DNA of 64,000 bases. Source: Lama glama. Taxonomy: Eukaryota. The stretch spans positions 34,288,001 through 34,352,000 of the forward strand of contig CM052817.1 in NCBI GenBank assembly GCA_028534125.1, read 5' to 3'. Of this stretch, positions 27,518 to 41,459 are shown in pieces (position 1 is the stretch's first letter; every line of letters begins with the position of its first letter). The position numbers and the translations under genes were made by a program. Below the pieces are notes generated by a model. The model was not told where the DNA came from. It saw nothing but the letters and a program-made list of their open reading frames with translations, and did no database searches.

Positions 27518-27976
27518 TCAGACTAAAATTCAGCGTCCCCACAACCGCCGCGGCCTGCCTACCCGACTCCTACTCCGGCACCGACGGCACTCAAATCCGT
27601 GCCATTACAATTACGCTGCAGCAGCTCACACGTCATACAAAATGAGCTTTGGCAACCAGGAAATAAAGCACGTGTTTTAATACAACATTACACTCATTTT
27701 CTCATGTGTATGTTTGTAAACTCAGAATTACCTTACAATAGATGTACAGGGCTAATGGCAGATATATTTTCCCTTGCCCTGATAAGGCGTTAACAAGCCA
27801 ATGGTGCTTCTAAAAGTCAGTGGTCTTTTCAAACTGACTTAATACGCTAACATTTTATCGCCCAGTTTATTTGCTGATCAGTCTCCAATGCTCCTCACAT
27901 ATTGTTTTACCCTGCTTTCACTACAACCTTCCGTGAAAGAGAGACAGATTTTCAAATTAAAGAACTGCCAACTCAC

Positions 27977-28100
27977 TTTGTTCTTTCCTTCAATTAAGGC
28001 AAATTGATTTTTGTTGACTTCAATTTTATTTCCGCCCTGGACATCCTCCACGTTTCTCCATTCTTTACAGCTATATGGGTTTGTCATTAAGGCAGCTTGG
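27977..28100 (-). CDS. KDR: KDR exon 11, 124 nt (Ig5)
   Basis: [41 protein letters not shown]; donor GTGAGT. Confidence 0.97.
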
Positions 28101-28329
28101 CTATAAGAAAGAGATAACAGATGATATCATGACTTAATTTTTCTTAAAATTCACCTCAATAGCAAAGCAAGAGCCAGACTTTGGTATTTTGTTCTTGGAA
28201 GTAACTGCTCAGTGCACCCTACCCCGCTACAAGACTTGGCGCCAATTAAAAATAGGCCTGGGCAGTGAAGGAAAAGGTTCTAGGTAGATTCATTCAGGAT
28301 ACGGGAGGGAAGCAGCTATTTTGGGAACA

Positions 28330-28790
28330 AACCTCCATTCATAAATTGGATCGACAAGACAATTCAAGTTAATTTAGTTCAAAGGCAGGCAAGGAAACTG
28401 AGAAGCCATTGGGCTTCTTAAAGCGATCTCCCTGGGACTGTGGCCTTTGTGTGGGAAATGGTCAGCATCTGAGGAAGCAACCAGAAGGGGTCATCCCAAA
28501 AACAACAACAGGAAGTGAGCTGCCTAGGGTGGTGGTGGGTGACTTGTTGTTGTTGTTTTTCCTAAGGATGTCTGGACTTGTGTTAGGACGTGATAAGCCG
28601 GGCCTGAGGCTCCGAGGTCTATCGCTCCCTCGCATCCTTCAGCACTTCCTCTGAGATGGACCTTCTCACAGATAAGGAGATCGTGGTATTCACTGGTTGA
28701 TTGGTACAAGGAGAAAAACCAAAGACTGGCAATTAACAAAGTGAGCAAAGAAACTGCGCTTCGAGAGGGGTACAATTGGGGCTAACCTAA
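28330..28790. promoter_or_regulatory. Intron 10 enhancer (probable orthologue of Flk1in10)
   Basis: RBPJ TGTGGGAA 28450-57 and TGTGAGAA (minus) 28663-70; FOX:ETS AACAGGAAGTG 28507-17; ETS CACTTCCT 28643-50; GATA 28591-96 and 28670-75; SOX-like CTTTGT 28445-50. Confidence 0.7.
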
Positions 28791-28952
28791 AGAGAGAGCT
28801 AGCTAAGCTCAAAGCAGGATACCTCAAGGAATGACATCTCCTATAAATGTAGCCACAGAGAAGATGCAAGGAGACTAAGAGTGCCACCTGAGGAATGCCC
28901 TTCTTTGAGAGAGCCTTCTTGACTTAGAATGGAGTCATATGATAGCCTGGCT

Positions 28953-29189
28953 ATGTCCATCAACAGATGACTGAATAAAGAAGATGCGATGTATACACAT
29001 ATATACACAGGCACAATGGAATACTACTCAGCCATAAAAAAGAATGAAATTCTGCCGTTTGCAACAACATGGATGGATCTGAAGGGCATTATGCTAAATG
29101 AAGTAAGTCAGACAGAGAAAGACAAATACTGTATGATATCACTCATATGTGGAATCTAAAAAACAAAATGAACAAATAAATAGAAAAAA
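28953..29189 (+). mobile_element. LINE-1 fragment (ORF2 end / 3'UTR start) in intron 10
   Basis: atgtccatcaacagatga...caatggaatactactcagccataaaaaagaatgaaat...cactcatatgtggaatctaaaaaa. Confidence 0.9.
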
Positions 29190-29228
29190 TGCAAAAGTGC
29201 AGCAAAAAGAGGGTGTAGCCCTACTCAC

Positions 29229-29385
29229 GTGGGCTTGTAGGTGCACTCTGTCTCCAGCTGCCAGTACCACCGGATGTGACTTGGGGGAGGAACGGCATAG
29301 ACCGTGCACGTCAGTGTTTGGGAGGTGCCGTACTGGTAAGAGTCCACAGGAGAGATCAGAGACTTCTCACCAATCTGGGGTGGGA
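29229..29385 (-). CDS. KDR: KDR exon 10, 157 nt (Ig5)
   Basis: [52 protein letters not shown]; donor GTGAGT. Confidence 0.97.
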
Positions 29386-29729
29386 CTGGAGATGAGAAAG
29401 ACAGCTTTTGAATTGTCAATCAGCTTTGAAGAATGGAAAGTAGAAGCTTTCAGCAATCAAAGCCTGTGTTTTTCCAAGTGCAGGATTCTGCCCCCATCTG
29501 ATTTTTCAAAGAACATCTAGACTTGGAAACAGGACACTCTGAGTGATTCTCAGAGTGAGCCTCATGATGATAATAATAATAAATGAATAAGCTGAGTGAC
29601 TTTGTGCAAGTGTCACCACCCTGCACACATTTTCTCATCTACACTATAGGGACAGTTCTCCTTGTCCTCCCAATTTCACAAGATCAGGCAAGGCTCCAGA
29701 AAGAAAATAATTGTGAATAATACAATGCA

Positions 29730-29870
29730 TGTATTAGGTGCTGGCCATTGTTCTAAGTGTTTTACACCAGTTAATTCATTTAATTCTCAAAACCACAGTT
29801 ATTATCCTCCACTTTACACATGAGAAAAATGAAACAAAAAAGTGAAATGACTTGCCCAAGGTCACTCACC
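29730..29870 (-). mobile_element. MIR fragment
   Basis: ttctaagtgttttaca...cactttacacatgagaaaaatgaa...tgacttgcccaaggtcac. Confidence 0.65.
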
Positions 29871-31234
29871 ACACCTTCTTCTCCGTCTCCCCCTCCTTCT
29901 TCCCCTTCCTTCCTTCCTCCCTCCCTCCCTCCGTTCCTTGTCTTCTCTCCTCCTCCCCTTTCCTTCTTTCTTTCTTTTTTTGGCTCCAAAGTCATTAATG
30001 TGAAACCATTTTCCCATCATGATCAACCTAAAGCCTCAGATTATACTTTCAAAACTTGACTTCTTTTTAATGTTTGTTTTAGGGAGCAGGGTCAATATTA
30101 GGGGGAATCAAATGTTTAGTGACTTCCTGGATGAATGAAATGGAGTTATTCACTGTCCATTTTCACATCATTATTTCTTGTTCATTTCCTTCTCCTAACC
30201 CTACTTATCAGCTCCCCAGCTTCTCTCCACCCCCTCAACCTCCTACACCCAAGTGGCTTCTACATGACATTTCTGGAACCTGTTATCTTTAAAATACTCC
30301 CGAGGCTGATGTCCTAGCAAAGAAGTGAAGCCCAGCTCAGCAGACATACAGAGCTTGGCAAGATCTATGGGGAAGCACCTTAACGTCACATGAGAAGATC
30401 CTAAAGTTTTAATCTGTCGTGCCAGTAGGAAAAACAAAGAATTCCTAGAGAAACATTTCCCCAACTGTGTTTGAAGCAGGATATTAATGGATGTATGGGG
30501 TGCTCTATGCTATGTCTCTGCCCCTGGAGAAAGACAATATCCTATATCCGTCAGCCTAGCATCTCCCACACCTACCTGACCATAATGCCCCTTTTCCCCC
30601 ACCCAGAACACTTATTTACATTCTTCAGTTTGGAAAAATAAAGTTCAAATCATTCTTAAATCAAAAACTTAATATCTCCACTTTACAGCTTCAGAGTCAG
30701 ATCCAAGACTCCTGCTGAAAAAAAAAATTAAAACATTTCCCACCAGCCAACAATGTCAGCCTGCAAAAGCCTCCTGAGTTGGAATCTGTCTGTGTATCAC
30801 GGATACATCAATCCCCAAATCAAACTCAAAGCCTTCTGCAAAATTCAGGAAGAGTCATGCGCTTTTGCGAGCCCAATTCCATGGTGCACAATTCCATGGA
30901 TGGGAGCAAAGTTAGTGCATCTTGAGTTTGATGACCATCCCTGCCAGCCTTCTTATTTCACAGCATTTGGCCATTGGCTGTACCGTCTCCTTTAGCCTCA
31001 CATTTGACCACCAAACGGTTCAATCACATGGCCTCTTAAGCAGACATACCTAGAGCACGCTGTCCTACACTCCATTTCAGCCTCACTGCTCTGGATCATT
31101 TCTGTACACAGGAGCCCTCATGATGCGTGTGCAGGAGCAGGCTCCAAAGGAAAGGTGGGTTGGCTGTTCAGGAGGACATAATCATACTCTTTATAATAGA
31201 TTAGGGGCAGAGAAGGAAAACTGAATGGACTTAC

Positions 31235-31398
31235 CATTCACAACCAGAGATACCACATGGCTCTGTTTCTCCTTTGAAATGGGATTGGTAAGGATAACGG
31301 TGTAATTTCCTGTGTCTTTTTCACTCACTTCCATAATAGTCAGTACATGCCCTACTTTAATTGTGTGGTTAGACTCAATGGGTCTTCCATTTTTATAC
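31235..31398 (-). CDS. KDR: KDR exon 9, 164 nt (Ig4)
   Basis: [54 protein letters not shown]; follows an 88-nt intron. Confidence 0.97.
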
Positions 31399-31486
31399 CT
31401 ATGGGGGGGAAAAATCCCAAGAATTAGTACAATCTAAGGATTTATTTTCATGGGAATGTTGCTTTACATGTATGTCCAGTAGTTAC

Positions 31487-31601
31487 CATTTTATTTCTGG
31501 GGGAGGGTAACCAAGGTACTTCACAGGGACTCGGACACGGTCTCCCACTGTGGCTTCCACCAAAGATTCCATGCCACTTACAAAAGCAACAAAAGGCTTT
31601 T
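31487..31601 (-). CDS. KDR: KDR exon 8, 115 nt (Ig4)
   Basis: [43 protein letters not shown]. Confidence 0.97.
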
Positions 31602-31799
31602 CTGGAAGAGAATTAAAATATTTTTTCTCATAAATATCAAACTCTTTTAAATAGTCATTGGGTTTAGTTGTTCGTTTCAAGTGAGCAGTCAAAGACTTTT
31701 GGGGGGTCCAAGTCGCTGCAGCTCAGAGAGCCCCCATACCACATTTCTATATGTCACACTTCAGCTTCTCCCTCACCTCTGGTCTTCGCGTTAGCTCTT

Positions 31800-32560
31800 C
31801 CTTCTCCCCCAGTCCACTCCGCAGGTCTAATGATTGCTTTCAAGCATTTGCTCCTCTGTGAAACTTTCTCTAAGTCCCCTGGGGGTCCTTGGGTGCTCCT
31901 TCCCCTCTGCTCCCCTGATGCCCTAAATGTACGCCCCACGTGCCCCAGGACTCAGTCCTCAAACCTCTTCTCTTCATCTACACCTTCGTTTCATCTCAGG
32001 CTTAAAGTATCAAGTACATTCCTCCAAATTTACATCTCCTGCCCTGACTACTCTGGGTTTCAGGTTAACATATTAAAATCTCTATCTGAATGTTTAATGG
32101 GCATCTCCAAATGAAGCCGCCTAACCCTGTGTCCCCAAATCTTCCTCTCCACCTTACCTTCCTTATGTCAGTTAACAAAACTACCATTCATTCAGTTGCT
32201 CATGCTATAAACTCGAAGGTCATCTTCCATTCTTTTTCTCTTACATTCCACAGTCAGGGAATCAATTGGCAGATCCTATTGGTTCTATCTTTAAAAATAT
32301 ATCTGGAATCAGATCACTTCTCACCTCCTCCACCTCTACCACCCTTGTCTAAGCCGCCCACCATCTCTCACCTAGATGAGTGCAATTAGTCTTCTAGCTG
32401 GTCTCTACTTCTGACCTTACTCCCCTAAAGTATTGCACATTTTAAAAAAAACACACACAGAGTAATTCCATGAAAACATAAGCCAGAGCATGTCTCTCTG
32501 CTCAGAACTTTCTTGCGCATTCCCGTATTATAAAATCCAAATCCTTACCAGGGCCTATAA
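31800..32560 (+). mobile_element. LINE-2 fragment in intron 7
   Basis: Pyrimidine-rich L2-like motifs: ccattcattcagttgctca, ttctatctttaaaaatatatctggaatc, ccaccatctctcacctagat. Confidence 0.75.
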
Positions 32561-32970
32561 GTCGGGTGCCATACAAATTATCATCTAAACTGAGACATTT
32601 ATGTCAGTGAGAACCAATGAGAAATTAAACTATTTCCTCCAAGCCCCACAGAAAGTAATTAAATACAGGTTTTCCCAATTGCAAAGCTCAGGCTTATTCA
32701 AGGAAGCCTCTCTGCCTTGCAATTCAATAAAAATGTAAAAACTATCTTAGTTAATAACCCTCAGCTTATTATAGTAATAATAATCATAGCAGTGACAGTA
32801 AGTGATATGTAGTGAGCACTTACTCTATCAGCTCAGCTCATCAATTAAACTTGGGATTTGAACCCAAGCTATGCTCTTGACCTCTAGGTCATGCGGCCTT
32901 CCTAGCAAGAGCTCAAAAACACCTTCTGAATGAGCAAAATAGGAATTGCTAGCTGACCTAAATGTATTTA

Positions 32971-33213
<243 letters not shown>

Positions 33214-33804
33214 TTACTGAACTTCCAAAGTCCAGCATAACATGACCCAATAGCTTCTAGATACCCACAAAAGTCTTGGCCCTTGGTGAACTCTTTTGAA
33301 CACTAATGAAGGGGACTTCAGAAATCTTGACATCATGCATACAGCAAATATAGTTGGTTTCAGATGAAATAAATGCAACCAAGTGAACCAGGAATTTTAG
33401 AGCCTCACATAATGGGAATGAGGTAAAAATGAACTACAGAAACACAAGGAAGCGTGCCCAATGTTTAAGAAGTGTGTTTCACGTCACCTCTTAAAGAGAA
33501 ATTCCCTTAAATGGAAAAGAGATCGAGGACTTTGGAAAACAGAGAAATAATGCAACCTGGAAAGATGTAATCACCTAAAGGAAACTAATCTTCACAGCCT
33601 GGACAGAGTTCTTGGCTTTGCAGCTTTTTTTGCATGGGTGTGTTCTGCAATGGTCTTAAAGTGTGTGTGTGTGTGTATGTGTTACTGTGAGTTAAGGCCC
33701 TTACATTTCATCTGGCCAGAGAGGTCCCTATTTGTCTCAAGCAAACTTCGTTGGAGCTTATTATCAAAGTGTTTAGAGATCTGGCTTTGAATTGTTAGTG
33801 TTAC

Positions 33805-33944
33805 CTTCAAAGAAGGGTATTCCCAGTTGAAGTCAATTCCCACATTCAGCTCAGTTCTTGCTGTACAATTTAAGACAAGCTTTTCTCCAACAGACAGCTC
33901 AACTCCATGAGGGGGGCTCAGAACCACATCATAAATCCTGTACC
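33805..33944 (-). CDS. KDR: KDR exon 6, 140 nt (Ig3)
   Basis: [51 protein letters not shown]. Confidence 0.97.
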
Positions 33945-34477
33945 CTGGAGCAAGTAAATTGGAAAAACAGAAAGTAAGAGGGAAAGCAAATCTATAACTT
34001 GGCACACATTTTTTTTCAGAAATGATGCAGCTTCAAAATGTGTCACATCATTTTTCCCTGAGGGCCTCCCCAGTCCTTGGTAACTCCCAGGAAACTGGCC
34101 TACAGAGATTTACAACGCAGCCCTGAAGGGATCTCAAAGATGTTGTAGCCCAGTGAACAGAAAAGCTGTAAAATCTGAGTGGCCGATAATCAATGGGGCC
34201 AGCTTTAGGAAGTCACTGAACTTCTCATAAAATAGGTGTAATTAAAATTGATGCCAAGCAATGCTCTGAACATTAAATTTTCCATAAGATATGATCCCAT
34301 AATAGTACTCTTTTTCATCCTTGGTTTTGGTAAGAAAGGAGGAAAAACTCTATTGCACATAGGTTTCTTGGGTAGAGAAGAGCAGATGTAATGAATTGCC
34401 TAACACCAAACCGTGAATTAATGTATCTTTCAATATCCCTTGTCCTCCAGGATCTTAATACAGTAAGCCAGGCTTTA

Positions 34478-34714
<237 letters not shown>

Positions 34715-34951
34715 TCAATCAAGTGTTATCCAAAGGCGAAAACCATGAACACTAAAGAATTCATGTAATTTTTTAAAAGGCAAGTTGGTTTTATTTATTG
34801 TCATTTTGACCCTTCTAAAGGATCTTTACAACACATTGCTGACTTAATATTATATAATATAATATGTAATGTATGTATTATAATATGTATTATAATAATA
34901 TTATATTAGCTTAAAATTAAGAAAACGTAAGAGATGATGAAAGACGATTTA

Positions 34952-35113
<162 letters not shown>

Positions 35114-35254
35114 TTAATGGCATTACTGGTCCTCTTTCAGGTTCATAACTCTAACCGAGAAGTGCCTCATGGGGAATGATATTTCATACCAGGGAAAGGA
35201 ATCCACAGGTAGGTCTGCTGGTAGATATCTGGCTCCAAGGATGCTACAGAGGGC

Positions 35255-35285
35255 TGTGTGTGTGTGTGTGTGTGTGTGCGTGTGT
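35255..35285. repeat. (TG)n microsatellite, intron 3
   Basis: Direct inspection. Confidence 0.9.
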
Positions 35286-37971
35286 AAAAAATCTGGAAGA
35301 AAGTTCCTAGAATGAGACTGGCTTCTTTTGCAAGGGTTATCAACAAGCAGATTATATTTTGTCGGTTCCACACTTAGGCAGATTAATCATTAGTTTTTTT
35401 CAAAATGAAGGTGCATACATCTTCATTTTCACATACATTTTTGTATACACTATATATAAATACTGAAGTAAATTTCAAGTTAAATCTGTATAGTTTACCT
35501 ATTGAGTTTTATTGATGTTAAAGAAATTCCTGCTCTCTCTCTTTAGGCAAATAATGTAAACATCACAAAAACAGATTAATGGTCCCCGAAGAATCTTTAA
35601 AATAAAGAAATAACTAACAACTTTTAATTCAATTATTCAAGAGAAAGCTTTGTGTACTTTAAGATTGTAAAGACTAGATTTAAGGTTCTTCATAAACTCA
35701 TGTTTAATAGTTATGTATTTAAGAGTCAGCAGTCATCAATACCTTCAATGACAAAAACTTGAAAAGCCACCATGGCAAAGACTGAGAAAAAAAAAGAGAG
35801 AGAGATTCATTCAAACACTGTTCATATGATGTTAATAGGCTGCTGACTCCTTTCCCCAGAGATAGAGCTGGTGTGAAGTCATGCTTGAAGTCCCAGAGAG
35901 ACAATGGTCCTTACTGCCATCCCCAACTCCCCTGACCAAGCATTTTCAGAGTGCTTCAGGATGGCTGGTCCAAGTGAAGAAAGAGTTAATTAAACCAAAG
36001 GGGAGAAAAGCAGCTAATTCCCTACAACAGCAGAAGTTTGATTTCCTTCCCAGCTGGAAAGCACAGAAAGGCAGCCAATCCAGCCCACCACATGCCATAG
36101 ACATTATCTTACGAGGCCAAGACCCACTTCCTGGCTCCATCCCTTGCTGGAGGGAATGGGGGTCAGAAGATGCAGGAAGTAAGGTGGAGACCAGAGGGGA
36201 TATTAAAGGACTGTCCATAGGGAATACTTCAGTGTTTTCTTTTCCATTGTTAAACTTCACCACCAAAATCTTAGACAGCTCACCTCCTAGAACATTAGGC
36301 TTAGACAGGAAGCAGAATCTGATGGTATACCCAAAGACAGGCAGTGTACAAATAAACAGTGCTGGAGATCGCTACTTCTTAAAATTACCTATCTTTTTAT
36401 CCACATGCTGTGAAATATTACATAACTTGCTTAGAGAGCAAGCCTTGGGAAGCTAAATTAACCCCTTGACGTCAAACTAAAGCTATTCAGTCAATCAGTT
36501 CTATTTCGGTATCCTAAAAAAAAAAGGAAATAAACAAAAGAAACCCAAACAACCACCCATCCTCTCAAAATAAAATATTTACTGCAACTCACGAAATGAA
36601 TTTTCACATGTCTCCAGGTTTCCTGACTTGGGGAGAAGGAAATAACGAGATATTATGGGAGAGGTTCATCTTGTAGTATTTCCAGACAGCCTGAAAGCAG
36701 GAAATCCTTGCAATCTTCTGAGAAAGCCTGATCTCCCAAGACTGTCAGATCAAAAGGAGCCAGAAATTCTCCAAGATCTGAGACATGTCTCTCAAATTCT
36801 GCAGAAGGGAGGAGGACGCCACAGAATTCTATCTTGGATTGTGCTCACCCTGGGTAGAAATAAATCTCAAATACTGTGCAATCCGGGAGTGACATACGTT
36901 ATCTTGATGTGGCCTCCACCTTTCCATTGCACTAACCATACTGCCCATTGGAATGTAAATGGAGACAAGAGAGTGTGTTTTCCAAAGCTGATGAAATCCC
37001 TGTTCTGCAAAAGATGCTTCTGGAAAAAAGTCTAAGCCATCTTCACCTGCTTCAAATCTTCTGGGATGTAAAGAGGTATAGAACTGTATAAATAAAATGT
37101 CTAAAAAGCTTATCCTTACTGAAAAGAAAATATTGAGTATATCTAAGTGAAATGCTAAGGAACACCTACACTCATCAAAATTATATGATTGGTATCTCAT
37201 GAGTTAAGTCAAGTTTTTCCAGGAAAACTAAGTTAATGTAAGATTTTTGCAACACAGAAGAAAGACTAATTCAGATTATAAATACTAAATATACGTGACA
37301 TGTATTTTACCCTACACAGATGTTAAGTTGGCCTCCACGGTGTCAATCTCAAATTGCAAATTCTAGAAAGATTTGGCATATCATCCAAGATCTCAGACCA
37401 CACCAGCAAAGGAAAGAAACACTGTCCCTGAAAGGCCATTTGAGGAAAGGTCTTCATTTGCACAAGTGTATGGAAATTGTTTTTTATGACATATACGTCG
37501 GGGGAAGAAAGGTTCCTATGTACAAAAAACTCCAGAGCCCTTGGCTGAATCCCTGTGCATTCTTGGGGAAATCTCCAACTCTGCAGTAGATAACCTATCT
37601 CTCCACAGAAACCTCTCCATAATTCACCCCTGAATCTTCCTTTTCAAGGATTTCAGGTTTGTTTTTTTCTTCCCTCAAACATCAGAAGGCTTCTTATAAA
37701 TCCCCATAGCCAATTGTGAACACAGATTTCCCTTAGAAACAAAGATCAGAACCCAGTGAATTGGGCAAAAGAGAAGTAATGGGGCCCACGCTCCAGAACA
37801 AATCAATGAGTCTTATTCTCCGAGGAAGTCTAGGGAGAGAAGAATTTTGTTTATTCCTGTTGGCAGAGAGCCTTCAGAGCAAGACTTTGTTGTCCTCGAT
37901 TCTTCTTTGCGCCCATTGTGTTTTGTAACCGGTAAATCAACTAGGGAAGTGAATTCCATCTAACCACTTAC

Positions 37972-38168
37972 CTTGAACGTACACGTAGACGACAGAAGCC
38001 ATGTCAGTGTCCCGGTAGAAGCATTTGTAGGCTCCAGTATCATTTCCGACCACTTTTGGAATTGTGAGCATCTTACAGAAGATGCCCTCACTGCACTCGG
38101 TCACCTCCACTCTTTTCTCAGAGCCGCTCTGATTGTTGGGCCAGAGCCAGTCCAAGTCCCTTTCTCCC
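37972..38168 (-). CDS. KDR: KDR exon 3, 197 nt (Ig1)
   Basis: [25 protein letters not shown]...[13 protein letters not shown]. Confidence 0.97.
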
Positions 38169-38384
38169 CTGAAAAATTAATTCCAAGCAAATATTCATGT
38201 GAAATGCCTCACTAGGAGGCTGTTTCTAAGAAAATAGAAGATTTGGTTCTCAAACTTACATAAACGCCTCAACAGACAGAAACGCAGCCCTCTACTAACA
38301 ATGACACGTTATATGGATGAATGACAAAAAGCCAGAGGCTCGGCTTCAGAAATCACTTATAGGGATTCTCGAGTTTTCTACTCA

Positions 38385-38870
38385 TTAACTCATTCATTCA
38401 TCCAATAAATATTTATTAAGCATGGGCTATGTGCCAAATGTTATTAAAAATGGCATACAGCAGTGAACAAATCAGACAAAAGCCAATGTCTTCATGGAAC
38501 CTCAGTCAAGTTGGAGAAGACAGGCAGTAAAAAAAAAAAATAAGTACATTTCAATAAAGCTGACATTTTTCAAAAGTAAGTAAAATGTGTACAAGGTGGC
38601 AACAAGTACTATGGAGAAAATTTAGAAGATGCAAAGAAAAGAGTGAAGAGTTCTGGAGGCTTGATGCACTAGGCCGTATGAATATTGGAGGAAACAGAAT
38701 TTCAGGCAGAGGGAACAGCAGATGTCAAGACCCTGGTGTGGGTGCCTATCTGGACCATGAGATGCAAGGAAGCCAGAAAAGCCAGATAAAAGTGGGTAAT
38801 CAGGAGAGTAAGAGGTGAAGTGAGGAACGAAGGGGACGCAACTATCTAAGAGACTCGTAGAAACTTTGGA
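38385..38870 (-). mobile_element. LINE-2 3' fragment in intron 2
   Basis: cattcattcatccaataaatatttattaagc...tatgtgcca...caggcagagggaacagca. Confidence 0.7.
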
Positions 38871-40077
38871 GGATGACATCAAAACCTAGATTACTTTTAT
38901 TACAGCATTTCTCTACAAAGCCCCAAGGAAGAGAGTCAACATCAAGAAAAATGTAACATCATGGACCCTTCTTTAAAGAACTTGAAATGTCCATGAGGTT
39001 ACAGCTACACTAATGAAGTCACTTTTAACATACTCCATAGCTTTTTTGGGACGTAAAGGGAGTATGGAATCTTGGGGGATTTTAAATAACCTTTGTTGTC
39101 AAGGGTGGGTTAGAGGAACATCTACTGAGAAACACATCTTGAAATAGCAAAGCTAGGGAAACAGCACCTGTTACTATGCTTTTTCCCGAGGGCTGGGTAT
39201 TGGTGACCGACCCTGGATAAGAGGACTAGAGTATCCTTTACACTCGGCAAGCTAAAATAGATCTGTGTCACTGTGTTGAACACTTGGCATTTGTCAGGCA
39301 TAAACAATGGCAACAAGCTTCCCAGGGCTGTTTGTGGACATCAGCACTCTCCACCCACCGTCTCTGCCAAAACCACACTGGTCCTGAGAAGCCTCTGCGT
39401 CTGTCATGCATACTCATACATGAAACCCTAAGGTCCTACTTTTCTTCCAGAGGTAGGGGCTGGAAGGTTAACAGTGAAATTGGAAGGCAGAATTCTTCTC
39501 GTCAAAGAGGCTTATTTCCCCAGTTAGCAAAAATCAATAGGATGACTTCTTGCTAGCTAGTGAGAGACAGACATGCCAGAACACCAACCTGCAGCAGGAC
39601 ATGCGTTCAGTAATATTAATGGCTGAATATTAAATGGATACTACGATCAGAATTTTACCATAAAATAAAGTTCTTGAAAAGTGCTGAACAGATGTCCAAG
39701 AGCCATTCTGAGTATAAACAATACGTCCCCAAACTTCTTTAACTCTAAAGGTACATCCTCAATTTCATTTATTTATTCAACATGTATTGTGTACTACATA
39801 CTATACTCCAGGTGCTATACTGGTTATTAGTGTATGTGCATGTGTGCATGTGTGGGTTGGCAGGGGGTAGCAGGGAAAAAATGCCAGCAAAATTGTATAG
39901 AATTTTTGGGGAGAAGGGCTTTTTCATTTTTTCATTATTACACCACTTCTTAGAAACCTCAGTACTTATAAACAATTACTATGACTCTATTACAATTCTG
40001 CATATGGAAATTATTTTTCCTTCAATAAACAATGAAATATTTAACACAGGAAATCTGAATCTAAAAGGAATCCTTAC

Positions 40078-40171
40078 CTGCAAGTAATCTGAAGCGTTGT
40101 ATTGGCCATAATTGTATGGATGTCTTTTTGTATGCTGAGCCTGGGTGGATCAAGAGAAAGACTAGGCAAAC
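40078..40171 (-). CDS. KDR: KDR exon 2, 94 nt
   Basis: [36 protein letters not shown] boundaries. Confidence 0.97.
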
Positions 40172-40199
40172 CTAGAAACAAATTAAATAAATGAATGTA

Positions 40200-40500
40200 A
40201 TTGCCACTGAGTCAGACCCAATAGGAAACACCTTCCATAAACAACGCATACTCCATACTTTAAAAGGCTCTTCAGCAATTCATTGTGTAAAACTTGTGAA
40301 TTTACTTTTCACCATTCCCAGTAAAAGTTCACCAACTGTGTCATAACAGGAAGAATGGGCAGATGGTCATAAACCAACACAACAGTTCTGCAATTCATGG
40401 AGCTAGGGTGGAGTTCCTGTTTTCCTGCATTGCCAACTTCAAGGTCTTACAAAAGGATATGGGACATTGAAACCAAATGAACCTTCATCTGATGATCTCA
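40200..40500. promoter_or_regulatory. Intron 1 endothelial enhancer (probable orthologue of mouse Flk1 intron-1 enhancer)
   Basis: AP-1 TGAGTCA 40208-14; FOX:ETS-type AATAGGAA 40220-27 and ATAACAGGAAG 40343-53; FOX TAAACAA 40238-44; CAGATG E-boxes 40360-65 and 40486-91; tandem ETS 40413-27. Confidence 0.7.
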
Positions 40501-41459
40501 CTCCCTTGGGAAAGGACCCACTGACACTTCTTATAAAACATAGGATGCACACATTTGACTAAATTGCTGATTAATGAATACTATTAGAGACATTTCTATA
40601 TAGTTCATCTATGTACTTTGAGGGGAACGGGAACGTCTCATCTGCCTTTATCAATTTTCTAGTGCCCTTCCCCTGGTAACTGAACTGCCAAGGCTGAAAC
40701 ACTGCACGTTGAAATTAGGTGAGAGGAATTGAGGAAAGAAACATCTTCCAAATGCATATTAATATACTTTCCCTCAGAGAACAGAATTAGAGTAACGGTA
40801 ATGAATTACAATTGGGGAATATCAACTTACTAATCAAGGCGCTGAGCTTGTCCTGATACCAAGCTTGGAATATACAAAAAAACGTATCTTTACCTAAATA
40901 TACCATGGGGCAGATTCCTCACCATGGGTCACTCCACAGCAAGAAAACTGAGTTCTCTGTCAACTAAATGCAAAAAGCTACCAGGCGCTGAAAAAGCATC
41001 AGAGAAAGAAAAACTGTCCACCATGCTTGGGTCTTAACTGATAACCAGATCTTCAAAATACCACCTAAAAAAGTGATGGGTGCTGGGTAAGCACCGAGCT
41101 TCATAGGATCCTTAACTCACATCCACTAAGAACACATGACTCTCCAGGCCTAAGCTGGCATTGACACTGTTGCGCAAATAAAAGAGAGGACTAGCAAATA
41201 CAAAAGAGTATGAATAAGCAGAGCATGAACAAATACCCAGTGTAAATATCCAGAGCACTGAATCCACGGACCCCAGTGCGAACAGCTGCAGGCAAAAGGG
41301 GCAACTGATCACACGTGTTCTCAGACGCTCACTCAGAGGTGCAAAACCAGTTGCTGACAAAACTGTGGATTTGTTGATCAATATCGATTTTTTTTTAAAT
41401 TGAAAATTAAGTTACAGCAGTAAATCTCAGAAACTAATTGGCGTTGGAAGTAAGGTGCT

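Noticed and set aside
35881..36456. 191-aa + strand ORF in intron 3, the longest in the track
   Set aside because: No recognisable homology, splice structure or processed-pseudogene hallmarks; compatible with chance
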